From Candidatus Woesebacteria bacterium (GTDB lineage Bacteria; Patescibacteriota; Microgenomatia; UBA8517), in the NCBI GenBank assembly GCA_013426185.1, contig CP058602.1, positions 628,549 to 692,548 of the forward strand: DNA of 64,000 nucleotides, given 5' to 3'. Shown one piece after another: positions 8,710 through 18,299 of this stretch (positions are counted from its first letter, which is position 1; each line of letters opens with the position of its first letter). The position numbers were made by a program, and so were the translations under genes. The notes beneath the pieces were generated by a model. That model ran no database searches. It had not been told where the DNA came from and saw only the letters and a program-made list of their open reading frames with translations.

Positions 8710-11679
8710 TTACCAATAAAAGCGACTTACAAAATCTTCGCTTAAGTTCTGCACATTATAAGTGAAACTCCCCCTCTTAGTCAAATGGAAAAGACGATCT
8801 GTGCCAACCACAAAATTAGAGGGAAAATTAACCTCAAATGAAAACGAAAAACTATCTATACCTGCTTGCTTACGCAAATAGAATCTATATTCGCCATTTT
8901 TTGACAGATCAACGGCTTTGCCACCGCTCCACTCAAAAACAACTTTTTTGCTTTCTAATGGCCCTAATTCCAAAAGAAAACCCACTTCCTTTCTTCCACC
9001 CACGAATTCTTCTTTAAAATCAACAGTATCTAAATTGTTCTGATCTCCAAGTGCCACCTTATTAACCTCAACACCAATTGGTAAAAGGAGTCTTACATAA
9101 GCTTTATATTTACCCTTGTCCCCCATAAAAGTCTGGGCTTTGTTGGTAAAACTAATCTCAAGACTTCGCTTTATTGTCTCTTGATTAACATCAACATTGA
9201 GCTTCAGATCACGATCAATAAAATAGTTAGCTTTATTAACTCCCAAATTTGCTTCTATCAAAGAAGCCCAATCAGAAAGACAATTCTCGAGAGAACAGAC
9301 GGGTTCTCTTATCGCCCCGCCCCACCCAAGATTATCTATTTTCTCCTGAAGGCGAGCTTCATGAAGAAAGACTTGAATATGCCGCTTGTTTAAGTTTTGA
9401 TAAGAAGTTTCTAAAATTTGAACCATTTGCCTTTTATCAGCAGACTTAAAATCATTAAAAATAGTTCTTGAAAGAGCTAGAAGAAAATTACCCTTCTGTT
9501 TTGAACCTGGAAAGAAATTTTTTTCAGCTTCATATTGTACAACTTCATAGAAATTTTTAGGATCTATTCTCTTATCAAAATCAGCTACATAAACTGACTC
9601 AAAAGCACCAACCAAATCTCGAGCAAAATTCAAGTCAATTGCAACCACCCCATCAACCTGAATGTTCATAGATTTATCCAAAAACCATTCAGCTCTTTGA
9701 GCGGATTTAGAAAAATCAGGATCCCAATTTGAATCACGCAGATACCAAGCCGGTTGATTAAGATATTCTTTTAATTGCCAAGGTGGTTCAACATATCCTT
9801 TTAACTGTCCATCAGCGTCATAAACATCATAGACTTCAAATTTGGTCATAGCCCCCTTATTAAAACCAACGATGGCAAAGGAACCAATAAAACCACCTGT
9901 AGGTCTTAGCTCCATATTATTCTGAAGAAGAAGCAAATAAATCTTCTCTCTATCTTCTCCCAAAACTTTACCAATAAGAGAAAAAGCAACTTTTGCTGCT
10001 TGGATTTCTTCCCTGCGATGCGGCAGGTCAATCTTATCAATATATGGCGAAAGATAAGTAAAAGGCCAACTGTCTTTAATATCCCTTAACTGCGCTTCTA
10101 AAAATGATGCCTTTTGATAGATAGAATCAAAAGTCAAAGTTAAATCCTGGGAATAACTATTCAAAGGAATTTCTTGTCCATTAAAAGATTTTTCAACCAG
10201 AGATAGTGTTTTTTGAGTACCGTCGATTGCAAGCAGTGCTATTTCAGAAGTTTGTGAAGAAATATTTGCCAGTTTTGCAGGAACTACAAACAATCTCCCA
10301 ATAAAAGGCGTGTCAGAATAAAAATAGAATTGAGACAAAGAAAAATCAGCCAGTTTCCTTTCAAAAGAAAAAGCGTATTTAGCATAAGAAAAAGAACCAT
10401 TCTTTAAAAGTCTTTGGCCAAAATAAACAGACGCCATACTCAAAAAAAGTGATATTGTAGGAACCAAAAGCAAAGTTAAGATTGCTGAAAGAGAAAAAAT
10501 TATATATTTTTGCATGAAGGAAAGATTAAACTCTTTCTTTTTAAAAAGTGGCGCCTTATCTGGCAATTTTAATTTAGATAAAGCCCTGTTCTCTATTTTC
10601 TCGGAAAGAATCTCTTTTATTTTCTCACCCAATCTTGTTTTTCTTTGACTAAAAAATGTTCTTATTTTTCCAAAATTCAGGATAGGAAAATGAAAATCTA
10701 AAAATTTTCTCGGCCTAAAATTTTTAAATATCTTCAAACTAACCACGTCTTTCTTTTTATCTAAAACTTGATTCTTTAAATAGACAGAAGAATCTCCACT
10801 AAGATAAAGTTCCTCAAGATAAAAAATATCTTTATTATTCTTAAACCAATTAATTGTTTGTTTCAAAAATTTAAAATCGACAGTCTCATCAATCAATATT
10901 TCCTTATCAAAAACGCCGTTGACTTTTTTTAACCCCTTTGAAGAAAAAGAGTATTCAAAATTTTGAAATTCATTTTGCACTTCACCTATCCACTCTTTCA
11001 AGGCCATAGGCCGACCTGAAACAACAATTCGAAAATAATTTAAATCATTAGAAGACAAAAGAGAAACAATCTTACGAGAAACACTACCCGCCCTTGATGG
11101 CCTGACTTCGCAAGAAGGCGCAATGGGTATCTCTAAAGTTTTACTTTCAACCAAACTTTTTAGAATCATTAGCAGTTCATCCCTTTTGTTTAAAATTATT
11201 CTCGGTCCAATAAGATTACCCAAGTAAATTACTAAATTTTCAAAAGAAGAACCTTGTTTGATATTTTGCTCATAGACGCGAGTCAGACTCTTCCCTAGAC
11301 TATCAAAAACAAAATAAGGCAAAAGAAAAAATCTTTTTTCTTTTACTTTAATAGAAGAAAGTAGACTTTTAATTCTTAAATCTTCTTTTAAAATAACGTC
11401 TTTTTCTTTTTCTTGATAAAGGTTGTCAAAAAAGGCAGAAACAAAAATTGAATAATCAAAAACTTCATCCCTTTTCTCAAGATAATCAAAAGATAAAAAA
11501 CGACTGTTTTTTAAATATGGAGCATTGTTAAACCACAATTCCCTTTTAACGCAAAACACTGTTACACGAAAGAAATTAGCCAGCAATTTCTCGACTAAAG
11601 AAATAGATAAACCATTGTATTCTGAAACGAGCGCCACCCTTTTTTTATCTATCTTTCCAGCCTCAAAATCTTTTTCCAT
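8710..11679 (-). CDS. Large hypothetical protein with central TM segment and ~560-aa C-terminal ectodomain (possibly DUF4012-like)
   Basis: 989-aa ORF. Single strong hydrophobic block near residue 400 (IIFSLSAILTLLLVPTISLFLSMASVYF). No catalytic motif recognised. The family guess is inference only. Confidence 0.55.
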   Translation of the reverse strand: MEKDFEAGKIDKKRVALVSEYNGLSISLVEKLLANFFRVTVFCVKRELWFNNAPYLKNSRFLSFDYLEKRDEVFDYSIFVSAFFDNLYQEKEKDVILKEDLRIKSLLSSIKVKEKRFFLLPYFVFDSLGKSLTRVYEQNIKQGSSFENLVIYLGNLIGPRIILNKRDELLMILKSLVESKTLEIPIAPSCEVRPSRAGSVSRKIVSLLSSNDLNYFRIVVSGRPMALKEWIGEVQNEFQNFEYSFSSKGLKKVNGVFDKEILIDETVDFKFLKQTINWFKNNKDIFYLEELYLSGDSSVYLKNQVLDKKKDVVSLKIFKNFRPRKFLDFHFPILNFGKIRTFFSQRKTRLGEKIKEILSEKIENRALSKLKLPDKAPLFKKKEFNLSFMQKYIIFSLSAILTLLLVPTISLFLSMASVYFGQRLLKNGSFSYAKYAFSFERKLADFSLSQFYFYSDTPFIGRLFVVPAKLANISSQTSEIALLAIDGTQKTLSLVEKSFNGQEIPLNSYSQDLTLTFDSIYQKASFLEAQLRDIKDSWPFTYLSPYIDKIDLPHRREEIQAAKVAFSLIGKVLGEDREKIYLLLLQNNMELRPTGGFIGSFAIVGFNKGAMTKFEVYDVYDADGQLKGYVEPPWQLKEYLNQPAWYLRDSNWDPDFSKSAQRAEWFLDKSMNIQVDGVVAIDLNFARDLVGAFESVYVADFDKRIDPKNFYEVVQYEAEKNFFPGSKQKGNFLLALSRTIFNDFKSADKRQMVQILETSYQNLNKRHIQVFLHEARLQEKIDNLGWGGAIREPVCSLENCLSDWASLIEANLGVNKANYFIDRDLKLNVDVNQETIKRSLEISFTNKAQTFMGDKGKYKAYVRLLLPIGVEVNKVALGDQNNLDTVDFKEEFVGGRKEVGFLLELGPLESKKVVFEWSGGKAVDLSKNGEYRFYLRKQAGIDSFSFSFEVNFPSNFVVGTDRLFHLTKRGSFTYNVQNLSEDFVSRFYW

Positions 11680-11778
11680 AAAAATAAAAAAATAAAAATC
11701 AATTTATAAATATCATTTAATTCATTAAAGCATTTTTATCAAACTCTAGAAAAATTTTTTTGGTTGCTGCTAAGAAAA

Positions 11779-12222
11779 TTAATTTTCAGGTGATAGAGTA
11801 GTCGGACGTGAAACTCTGTCAAGTTTTTCATTGACAAGTTTGTCCGCCAAAAAATTTTTTTCTCTAAAAATATGAGTGTAGGAAATAGGAAAATAAAAAT
11901 TTTTCTCAAGATTTTTAATACGATCAAAAAATTCTTTCAACTTTAAATTTTTAACTTTATAAATTCTATTCAATTGTCTTACAACTAGTTCCGAGTCCAT
12001 TTCAAAAAAGATATTGCTTTTGGTAAAGTTGTTCTCTATCAACCATTCAAGAGCTTTTAAAACAGCTGTATATTCTGCTACATTATTAGTAGTATTGCCC
12101 AAAAAAAATGCTTCCTTAAAAACAACCTCTCCGTTTCTTTTAACAACAAACGCACAAGCTGCAGGACCTGGGTTTCCTCTTGCCCCTCCATCTGTATTAA
12201 TGATGATTTTTTCCTTTTCCAT
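11779..12222 (-). CDS. rnhA: Ribonuclease HI
   Basis: RNase H fold motifs INTDGGARGNPGPAACAFVV and TNNVAEYTAVLKALE. Confidence 0.8.
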   Translation of the reverse strand: MEKEKIIINTDGGARGNPGPAACAFVVKRNGEVVFKEAFFLGNTTNNVAEYTAVLKALEWLIENNFTKSNIFFEMDSELVVRQLNRIYKVKNLKLKEFFDRIKNLEKNFYFPISYTHIFREKNFLADKLVNEKLDRVSRPTTLSPEN

Positions 12223-13525
12223 TTTTCTCTTGAAAGATTCCGCTAACTAAAAAAACTAGTGCTAACCTATTTTGAGTCAAAGTCAGCCAGTAATGATCTG
12301 CCACTCCACTAATAATAACAAAGGTTAAAGCCAAAAAAAACCAAGGTTTAAGAATTAAGCTTGCAACATGCGCTATCTTAAGCAGGGTTAAATAAAAAAA
12401 GAGAAAACCAAAAAACCCAAGTTCTGACAAAACTAACAGATAGATATTATGGACTGGCTGCAATCGATAATTAATTGCTTTAATGTCAAAAGTATAGCTT
12501 GTCTTAAGAATAAAGTTGTTTAACCCTACGCCAAAGGCTGGATGTTTTATAAACACATCTTTTGTAGAGGTAATCAAAGAAAACCTTTCTCTGATGTTTT
12601 TGTCTAAAAAAGGAATCTCTTTCCAATAATCAGAAATAAAAAGACTAAAAAGAGAAATTAAAAAAACTAGAGTAACAAGCCAAAAACAAAACTCTCTTAA
12701 CTTTTTTCTTTTACTTAACCAGAAAACAAACAGACAAAATAAGAGAGCAAAAAAGGAACCTCGAGAAAAAGACAATAAAAAGACAAAAAAACTAAAAGAC
12801 AAAACACTCCTCTTTAAAAAAACCTCAAAAGAACTGTTAGGAATAAAACTTAAAAATAAAATTAGAAAAAGGCCAAAGAAACCCGCCAAAGAATTGGGGT
12901 GAGAAAATGTGGAATAAGGCCTTAAAAAATCTCTCCCCATTAAAGAAACAAGTGCTATTCCTGGTGTATTCTTGTTAAAACTCCTCTCGCCCAACCAGTA
13001 AAACAAAGATCCAAAAGTTGACCCTTTAATAAATTGAAAAAGAGCCAAAAAACCAAAAAGGATTAAAGAAAAAGAAGCTGGCTTAAAAAACCAATCAGAA
13101 AATCTTCTTTTTTGATAAAAAGTTAAATAATAAAAAAGCCAAAGCAAAAGAAAAATTTTAGACCACAAAAAAAGAGTATTAATTTTATAATCTGAAAAAA
13201 AGAGGTTTACCAAAAACAAAGATATTAAACCAAAAAACCAAAAATTAGAAATTAAAAGAAATATCTTTTTCAATTCTTTCTTATCAAAAAGCAAGATTTT
13301 AAAAAACCAAGACAAAAAAAGAGCAAGGATTAAAACTTCACTTAAAGAAATAGACAAAGAAAGATAATCCACCCGAATTCCAAAAACCAAAGACCATGAA
13401 GGCCAAAAATGTTTAATTAACTGGCTTGGAGACAAAAAAACTAAAAACCAAAGGATAATCCTCTCTAACTGATTTAAAAAATCCTCACTTCTTTTCTTCA
13501 AAAGATTTTCCTTTATAAGAAGCAT
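12197..13525 (-). CDS. Polytopic membrane protein, O-antigen ligase / Wzy-like
   Basis: About 10-12 hydrophobic helices with a central larger loop. Assignment by topology pattern only. Confidence 0.45.
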   Translation of the reverse strand: MLLIKENLLKKRSEDFLNQLERIILWFLVFLSPSQLIKHFWPSWSLVFGIRVDYLSLSISLSEVLILALFLSWFFKILLFDKKELKKIFLLISNFWFFGLISLFLVNLFFSDYKINTLFLWSKIFLLLWLFYYLTFYQKRRFSDWFFKPASFSLILFGFLALFQFIKGSTFGSLFYWLGERSFNKNTPGIALVSLMGRDFLRPYSTFSHPNSLAGFFGLFLILFLSFIPNSSFEVFLKRSVLSFSFFVFLLSFSRGSFFALLFCLFVFWLSKRKKLREFCFWLVTLVFLISLFSLFISDYWKEIPFLDKNIRERFSLITSTKDVFIKHPAFGVGLNNFILKTSYTFDIKAINYRLQPVHNIYLLVLSELGFFGFLFFYLTLLKIAHVASLILKPWFFLALTFVIISGVADHYWLTLTQNRLALVFLVSGIFQEKNGKGKNHH

Positions 13526-13988
13526 CAGGAGTGATTACCAAACAACGTTCTTTACCTTCACCTACAGACTCGCTTTTTACACCTTGAATATTACCAATAG
13601 TCAGATGAATAATTTTCCTCTGATCAGCTGAAAGATTATAAAGGTACTGAGGAGCACCCGTTTCTTTTGCCTTCTTGGCTGTTTTCTCTGCTAGGTCCTT
13701 TAAATATTCCTCTTGTCTTTCAAGCCAATCCCCCACATTAACTTTAACTTGATGCCACTCCCCTGTTTTTTGTTTTAAAGAAAGCTGTAAAAAAGTCTTG
13801 ATGGCATTAATATTTTCACCCTGCCTACCAATAAGAAGCCCCGCTTCACTTTCAGTTTTTAAATCGACTAAATAGAAATCCTCTTCCTGATTCACTCTAA
13901 ACTCAATAGTTAAACCAAGAAGAGAAAAGAGATTTTTAACTAAATCTTCAAGAATTGTTTTTGGATCACTTTTTTCCTGACTTGTCAT
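13485..13988 (-). CDS. jag: Jag/KH-R3H domain RNA-binding protein (SpoIIIJ-associated)
   Basis: Position immediately downstream of yidC. R3H-like segment ADQRKIIHLTIGNIQGVKSESVGEGKERCLVI. Confidence 0.65.
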   Translation of the reverse strand: MTSQEKSDPKTILEDLVKNLFSLLGLTIEFRVNQEEDFYLVDLKTESEAGLLIGRQGENINAIKTFLQLSLKQKTGEWHQVKVNVGDWLERQEEYLKDLAEKTAKKAKETGAPQYLYNLSADQRKIIHLTIGNIQGVKSESVGEGKERCLVITPDASYKGKSFEEKK

Positions 13989-14790
13989 TAGAAGTTGATT
14001 TTAGCAAAGAAAAACGAGAAAGCAAAGAGCCAATCTTGGAGGAGTCATATTGTTGATAAAATTGAATTAAAGAAAAAACCACCCAATAAAGAGCAAGACC
14101 TGAAGGAAATTTCATTCCAAAAAAGAGAGTCATCAAAGGAAAAGTATAAAGCATTGACTGTTGTATTGATGCCTGCAAGTCATCTGAAACTTCTTTTGTC
14201 TTTTTTGCTTTCCTCTTATAAACTTCAGTTGAACTCATCATTAACTTTGAGGACCAAAACTGAACCAAAGCTGCCAAAATAACCACTGGGCCAGGAATAG
14301 GAAAGGGAACGCTGTTTAATTTAAAAACATCGGGTTCTGTGACATCAAGATAAAGAAATTTAGTGTTAACAACTTCCTCTTGAGAAAACTTTAAAGGGGG
14401 GTAAAGAAGGTCATTAAATTTTTGAGTCAAATTCTCGCTTGAATAAATAGTCCTTGTAAAAACATTAAAAAAGGCAATAAAAATTACTATTTGTAGAAGA
14501 TAAGGTAAGCATCCTGCGCCCGGATTTATCTTGTTCTGGCGATAAAGTTCAGCTTGAGCCTGAGCTAGTTTAACCTTATCATCTTTAAATTTAGCTTTAA
14601 TCTTCTCAAGCTGCGGCGCTATCTTTTTCATCTTTTTCATTGACTCAAGATAGGGTTTGGTTAGGGGGTTTAAAACAAATCTTAAAAAGACGCTAAAAAC
14701 AATAATTGCCAAGCCTAAATTATTTCCAAGCAGACGGTAAAATAAAATAAGTCCATTGGCAAGTGGTTGAACAAAAATGGTGGTAAACAT
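13966..14790 (-). CDS. yidC: Membrane protein insertase YidC (short form)
   Basis: YidC/Oxa1 core motifs (…KMKKIAPQLEKIKAKFKDDKVKLAQAQAELYRQNKINPGAGCLPYLLQIVIFIAFF…). Synteny rpmH-rnpA-yidD-yidC-jag. Confidence 0.85.
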   Translation of the reverse strand: MFTTIFVQPLANGLILFYRLLGNNLGLAIIVFSVFLRFVLNPLTKPYLESMKKMKKIAPQLEKIKAKFKDDKVKLAQAQAELYRQNKINPGAGCLPYLLQIVIFIAFFNVFTRTIYSSENLTQKFNDLLYPPLKFSQEEVVNTKFLYLDVTEPDVFKLNSVPFPIPGPVVILAALVQFWSSKLMMSSTEVYKRKAKKTKEVSDDLQASIQQSMLYTFPLMTLFFGMKFPSGLALYWVVFSLIQFYQQYDSSKIGSLLSRFSLLKSTSNDKSGKK

Positions 14791-14791
14791 T

Positions 14792-15016
14792 TTACTTTAA
14801 TAAATCAAGATAAGGCTTTTTAGAAAAAGGATGACAACTCAAAAATCTCTTTAGAGAAAGGTAAAAACCTTTAAAAGTTCCATATTTTTGAAAAGCGGCA
14901 ATTGAATAATCACTACAAGTTGGATAAAAGCGACAACCACCACCAAAAAGACGAACTAACAAAGGCGAGACAAATATCTGATATGCTCTAATTATTTTAA
15001 TAAAAAATTTTTTCAT
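14792..15016 (-). CDS. yidD: Membrane protein insertion efficiency factor YidD
   Basis: Conserved [10 protein letters not shown] motif. Synteny. Confidence 0.8.
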   Translation of the reverse strand: MKKFFIKIIRAYQIFVSPLLVRLFGGGCRFYPTCSDYSIAAFQKYGTFKGFYLSLKRFLSCHPFSKKPYLDLLK

Positions 15017-15357
15017 TTCAAAAGACCCTTCGTTTTTAAGTTTTCCTTTACTTCTAGAAAAAGAGTGTCTTTGCTACAAGAAAGGCAATTTTTATAGGCA
15101 ATAAAAAGGATATCATATCCTGGCTTAAATTCGGAGATTAAAATCCTTATTGAATCTCTTAACAACCTCTTAATTCTGTTTCTATCAACCGCTCTTTTGG
15201 AAACCCTGGTAGAAACTATAAAACCAAAGCGTGAGGGTTTGTTGTCTTTCCTAAAAAAATAAATAATCAAGAAAAAGGGTGTTCTTAAAAGAATTCCTTT
15301 TTCTTTTACAAGATTAAAATCCTCCTTGGTAACAAGCCTATTTTCCCTCGGCAACAT
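15013..15357 (-). CDS. rnpA: Ribonuclease P protein component
   Basis: RnpA signature region [20 protein letters not shown]. Synteny next to rpmH. Confidence 0.8.
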   Translation of the reverse strand: MLPRENRLVTKEDFNLVKEKGILLRTPFFLIIYFFRKDNKPSRFGFIVSTRVSKRAVDRNRIKRLLRDSIRILISEFKPGYDILFIAYKNCLSCSKDTLFLEVKENLKTKGLLK

Positions 15358-15358
15358 A

Positions 15359-15499
15359 CTAGGGAATTAGTTTTTTCCTTCCTTTCAAAGATCTTCTTTT
15401 CAAGACTAGTCGCCCCTTCTTTGATTTTGTTCTTGATCTAAAACCAAACTTTTTTACTCTCTTTTTCTTGTGTGGAAAAAAAGTTCTTTTTGTTGACAT
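15359..15499 (-). CDS. rpmH: 50S ribosomal protein L34 (not in supplied ORF track; 46 aa)
   Basis: Manual translation of the minus strand gives [46 protein letters not shown], typical of L34. Its TAG stop abuts the rnpA ATG. Confidence 0.8.
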   Translation of the reverse strand: MSTKRTFFPHKKKRVKKFGFRSRTKSKKGRLVLKRRSLKGRKKLIP

Positions 15500-15556
15500 A
15501 TCAAGATTATATCACAAAGTTTTTTAGATTGTGCAAGAAATTGGGGGTTGACTAAT

Positions 15557-15565
15557 TGTGGATAA
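15557..15565 (-). promoter_or_regulatory. Consensus DnaA box (TTATCCACA) in rpmH-dnaA intergenic region
   Basis: Plus strand reads tgtggataa, the reverse complement of TTATCCACA, 43 nt upstream of the dnaA ATG. Confidence 0.55.
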
Positions 15566-15607
15566 ATCGCTAAATAATCTTAAGTAAACCCCTGCCTCCT
15601 CTAAATC

Positions 15608-17002
15608 ATGATAAATGAAAGTCAAAAAGAACAAATCTGGCAAGATTGCCTCGGCGATATTAAAGTATCTGTTTCGCCAGCCATATTTTCTACCTGGTTT
15701 TCCCAAACGTATATAACCAAATTGAATCAGAAAGAGGATAGAGTTGTTGTAGAAATTGGTTGTCCATCCTCGTTTGTTAAAAATACTATTGAAAATAGAT
15801 ATTATGGATTAATTCAAGACACCCTAAATAAAATCATAGGACAAAAATGTGATGTTCTTTTTGAAATTAAAGCAAAAAAAGAAAACAAAAGTCAGGAAAT
15901 AGCTTTAACGCCATTATTTCAAGAAAAAAAAGAAAGGGAAGAAAAAAAGGATGAAACCTTCCTTGAGGAACTAAAAAAATCAAGACTTAGACCTTTTTAT
16001 ACTTTTGAAAATTTTGCTGTATCATCTTCTAACCAAATGGCTTGGGCTGCTTGCGAGGCAGTGGCAAAAAACATAGGCAGTGCTTACAATCCACTTTTTC
16101 TGTGGGGCGGAGTAGGTGTTGGAAAAACCCACTTGATGAATGCAGTTGGTTATTATGCTAAGAAAAACGACATTAATAAAAACGTTTATTTTTGCACAGG
16201 AGAAGACTTTACCAACGACATTGTTGAAGGAATAAGAAATAAAACCACGCAAAAATTTAGAAACAAGTATAGAAAGCTAGATATTCTTTTGATTGATGAT
16301 ATACAGTTTATCGCTGGTAAAGATGCTGTTCAGGAAGAATTCTTTCACACATTTAATGCTATTGTTGCAGCAGGAGGTCAAATTATTTTAACTTCTGATA
16401 AACCACCATCTGAAATATCAAAACTAGAGGAGAGGCTAAGAAGCCGTTTTGAAGCGGGTTTAATTGTAGATATTGCTCCGCCTGATTTTGAATTAAGGTG
16501 CGCTATCACCCAAATCAAAGCTAAAGAAAAAAACATCAATTTGGAAATGAATATAGTTCAAACAATAGCCGCCAATCTTGATTCGGCAAGAAAGATAGAA
16601 GGTTTTCTCATAAGGCTAAGAAGTGCCGTTGAAATTAATAAATATCCTGAAATTACAGAAGAAATAGTAGAAAATCTTTTGGGTAAAAGAGATCAAGAAA
16701 TTGAAAAGAGAAAAAAAGTAAGTAGTGAAGATGTAATTGAAGCAGTTTGCAAACAATACACTCTCAAGAAAAAACAAATACTTGGCGATTCGAGAGTTAA
16801 AAATTTTGCTTTACCACGACAGATTTTAATGTATCTGTTAAGAACAGAGCTTAATCTTCCACTTCAGGAGGTGGGTAGAATTATTGGAGGAAGAGATCAC
16901 ACGACTGTAATGCATGCTGTGGAAAAAATAACCAAGCTTGCCTCGGAAAGTGTGGATATCAGAGAGGATATAACGGGGATAAAAAAAACACTTTGGGGAT
17001 AA
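15608..17002 (+). CDS. dnaA: Chromosomal replication initiator protein DnaA
   Basis: AAA+ Walker A (GGVGVGKTHL), Walker B (LLIDDIQF). C-terminal DnaA box-binding HTH (…LPLQEVGRIIGGRDHTTVMHA…). Confidence 0.9.
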   Translation: MINESQKEQIWQDCLGDIKVSVSPAIFSTWFSQTYITKLNQKEDRVVVEIGCPSSFVKNTIENRYYGLIQDTLNKIIGQKCDVLFEIKAKKENKSQEIALTPLFQEKKEREEKKDETFLEELKKSRLRPFYTFENFAVSSSNQMAWAACEAVAKNIGSAYNPLFLWGGVGVGKTHLMNAVGYYAKKNDINKNVYFCTGEDFTNDIVEGIRNKTTQKFRNKYRKLDILLIDDIQFIAGKDAVQEEFFHTFNAIVAAGGQIILTSDKPPSEISKLEERLRSRFEAGLIVDIAPPDFELRCAITQIKAKEKNINLEMNIVQTIAANLDSARKIEGFLIRLRSAVEINKYPEITEEIVENLLGKRDQEIEKRKKVSSEDVIEAVCKQYTLKKKQILGDSRVKNFALPRQILMYLLRTELNLPLQEVGRIIGGRDHTTVMHAVEKITKLASESVDIREDITGIKKTLWG

Positions 17003-17204
17003 TTTAAAATTTTTTCCACTTATACACATTTTTAAAAGCTTTATCCACAAAAATATCCACAAAAAACAAGCTTTAAAATCAACAATCTAATCAGACTTAA
17101 ACAAACCCAACTTTCCACTTTTCAACAACCCCTACTACTATGACTACTTATAGAAAAAGAAAAAACACTGGTTTTTTCAAAAGCAATGTTTTATACTTCT
17201 TTTA
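17003..17204 (+). promoter_or_regulatory. Candidate oriC: AT-rich dnaA-dnaN intergenic region with clustered DnaA boxes
   Basis: TTATCCACA at 17042..17050. ATATCCACA at 17054..17062. TTATaCACA at 17021..17029. Flanking A/T-rich stretches. Confidence 0.55.
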
Positions 17205-18299
17205 ATGAAACTTCAGGTTGTGCAAGAAGACTTTAAGAAAGCTGTTATTATTGCTTCTCGCTTTTCGAGCGCAAGGCCACAAATTCCAGTTTTGTCTAAT
17301 TTACTACTTTCAACAAGTAATAATAATTTAACTATCTCTGCTACCAATTTGGAAATATCTATTAATTTTAAAATAGGAGCAAAGGTGGAAGAAAAAGGTG
17401 ATATTACAGTTCCTGCAAAGTCTTTGGCTGAGATAGTGAGTAATTTAAATCCGGGTGTAATTAAATTAAAATCAGAAAAGGAACAACTAACTCTTGAAGC
17501 TGAAAATTTTAAATCAAAACTTTTGGGAATAAATGCTTCTGAATTTCCCAAAGTTCCAAAAGAGATGACAGGTAGTATGATCGAGATTCCGTTTGGTTCT
17601 TTAGTCCAATCTTTGTCTAAAGTTGTCTTTGCCTCCTCATATGATGAAACAAGGCCTGTTTTGACGGGAATACTTTTAATGCTTGATGAAGGTAAATTAA
17701 GTTTGGTGGCAACTGATGGTTACCGACTTTCTGTTTCTCAAATAGAAGGAAAATATCAAAGCGATGTTAAGAAATTAATAGTTCCAAAATTTATTTTTAA
17801 CGAGATTCCAAGAATTGCAACAGGCGAGAATATAATTTTTTCTTTTGATACTAAAAACAGTCTGGTTCTTTTTAAAACTAAAGAGGCGATTTTATCATCT
17901 CGTGTTATTGAAGGTGTGTATCCTGATTTTCAAAAAATAATCCCCAAAAGTTTTAAAACAAAAGTTTTGATTGATAAAGATGATTTTTTGCGCTTGATTA
18001 AGCTTTCGTCTGTCTTTGCTCGAGATTCTGGTAATGTAATTAAAATTTCAATTAAAAATAATTTGTTGGATGTTTTTGCTGAAAGCCAATATTCTGGTTC
18101 ACAAAAAAGCTCGGCTGAAGCAAAAGTTGAGGGTGATGATGTAGAAATTGCTTTCAATTACAAATTTTTAGAAGATTTCTTGAATTCAGTATCAGGCGAG
18201 ACTGTTTCTCTTGAGTTGAATGACTCAAGTTCTCCTGTTGTTTTTAAAGATACTTCTGATAAAAATTATCTTCACTTAATAATGCCGGTTAAAATTTAA
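17205..18299 (+). CDS. dnaN: DNA polymerase III beta sliding clamp
   Basis: N-terminus MKLQVVQEDFKKAVIIASRFS… and three-domain length typical of DnaN. Position after dnaA. Confidence 0.85.
   Translation: MKLQVVQEDFKKAVIIASRFSSARPQIPVLSNLLLSTSNNNLTISATNLEISINFKIGAKVEEKGDITVPAKSLAEIVSNLNPGVIKLKSEKEQLTLEAENFKSKLLGINASEFPKVPKEMTGSMIEIPFGSLVQSLSKVVFASSYDETRPVLTGILLMLDEGKLSLVATDGYRLSVSQIEGKYQSDVKKLIVPKFIFNEIPRIATGENIIFSFDTKNSLVLFKTKEAILSSRVIEGVYPDFQKIIPKSFKTKVLIDKDDFLRLIKLSSVFARDSGNVIKISIKNNLLDVFAESQYSGSQKSSAEAKVEGDDVEIAFNYKFLEDFLNSVSGETVSLELNDSSSPVVFKDTSDKNYLHLIMPVKI

Noticed and set aside
15524-15706. 60-aa minus-strand ORF
   Set aside because: Overlaps the dnaA start and the DnaA-box region and has no coding signal. 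The short rpmH gene at 15359..15499, missing from the track, is the real gene here.
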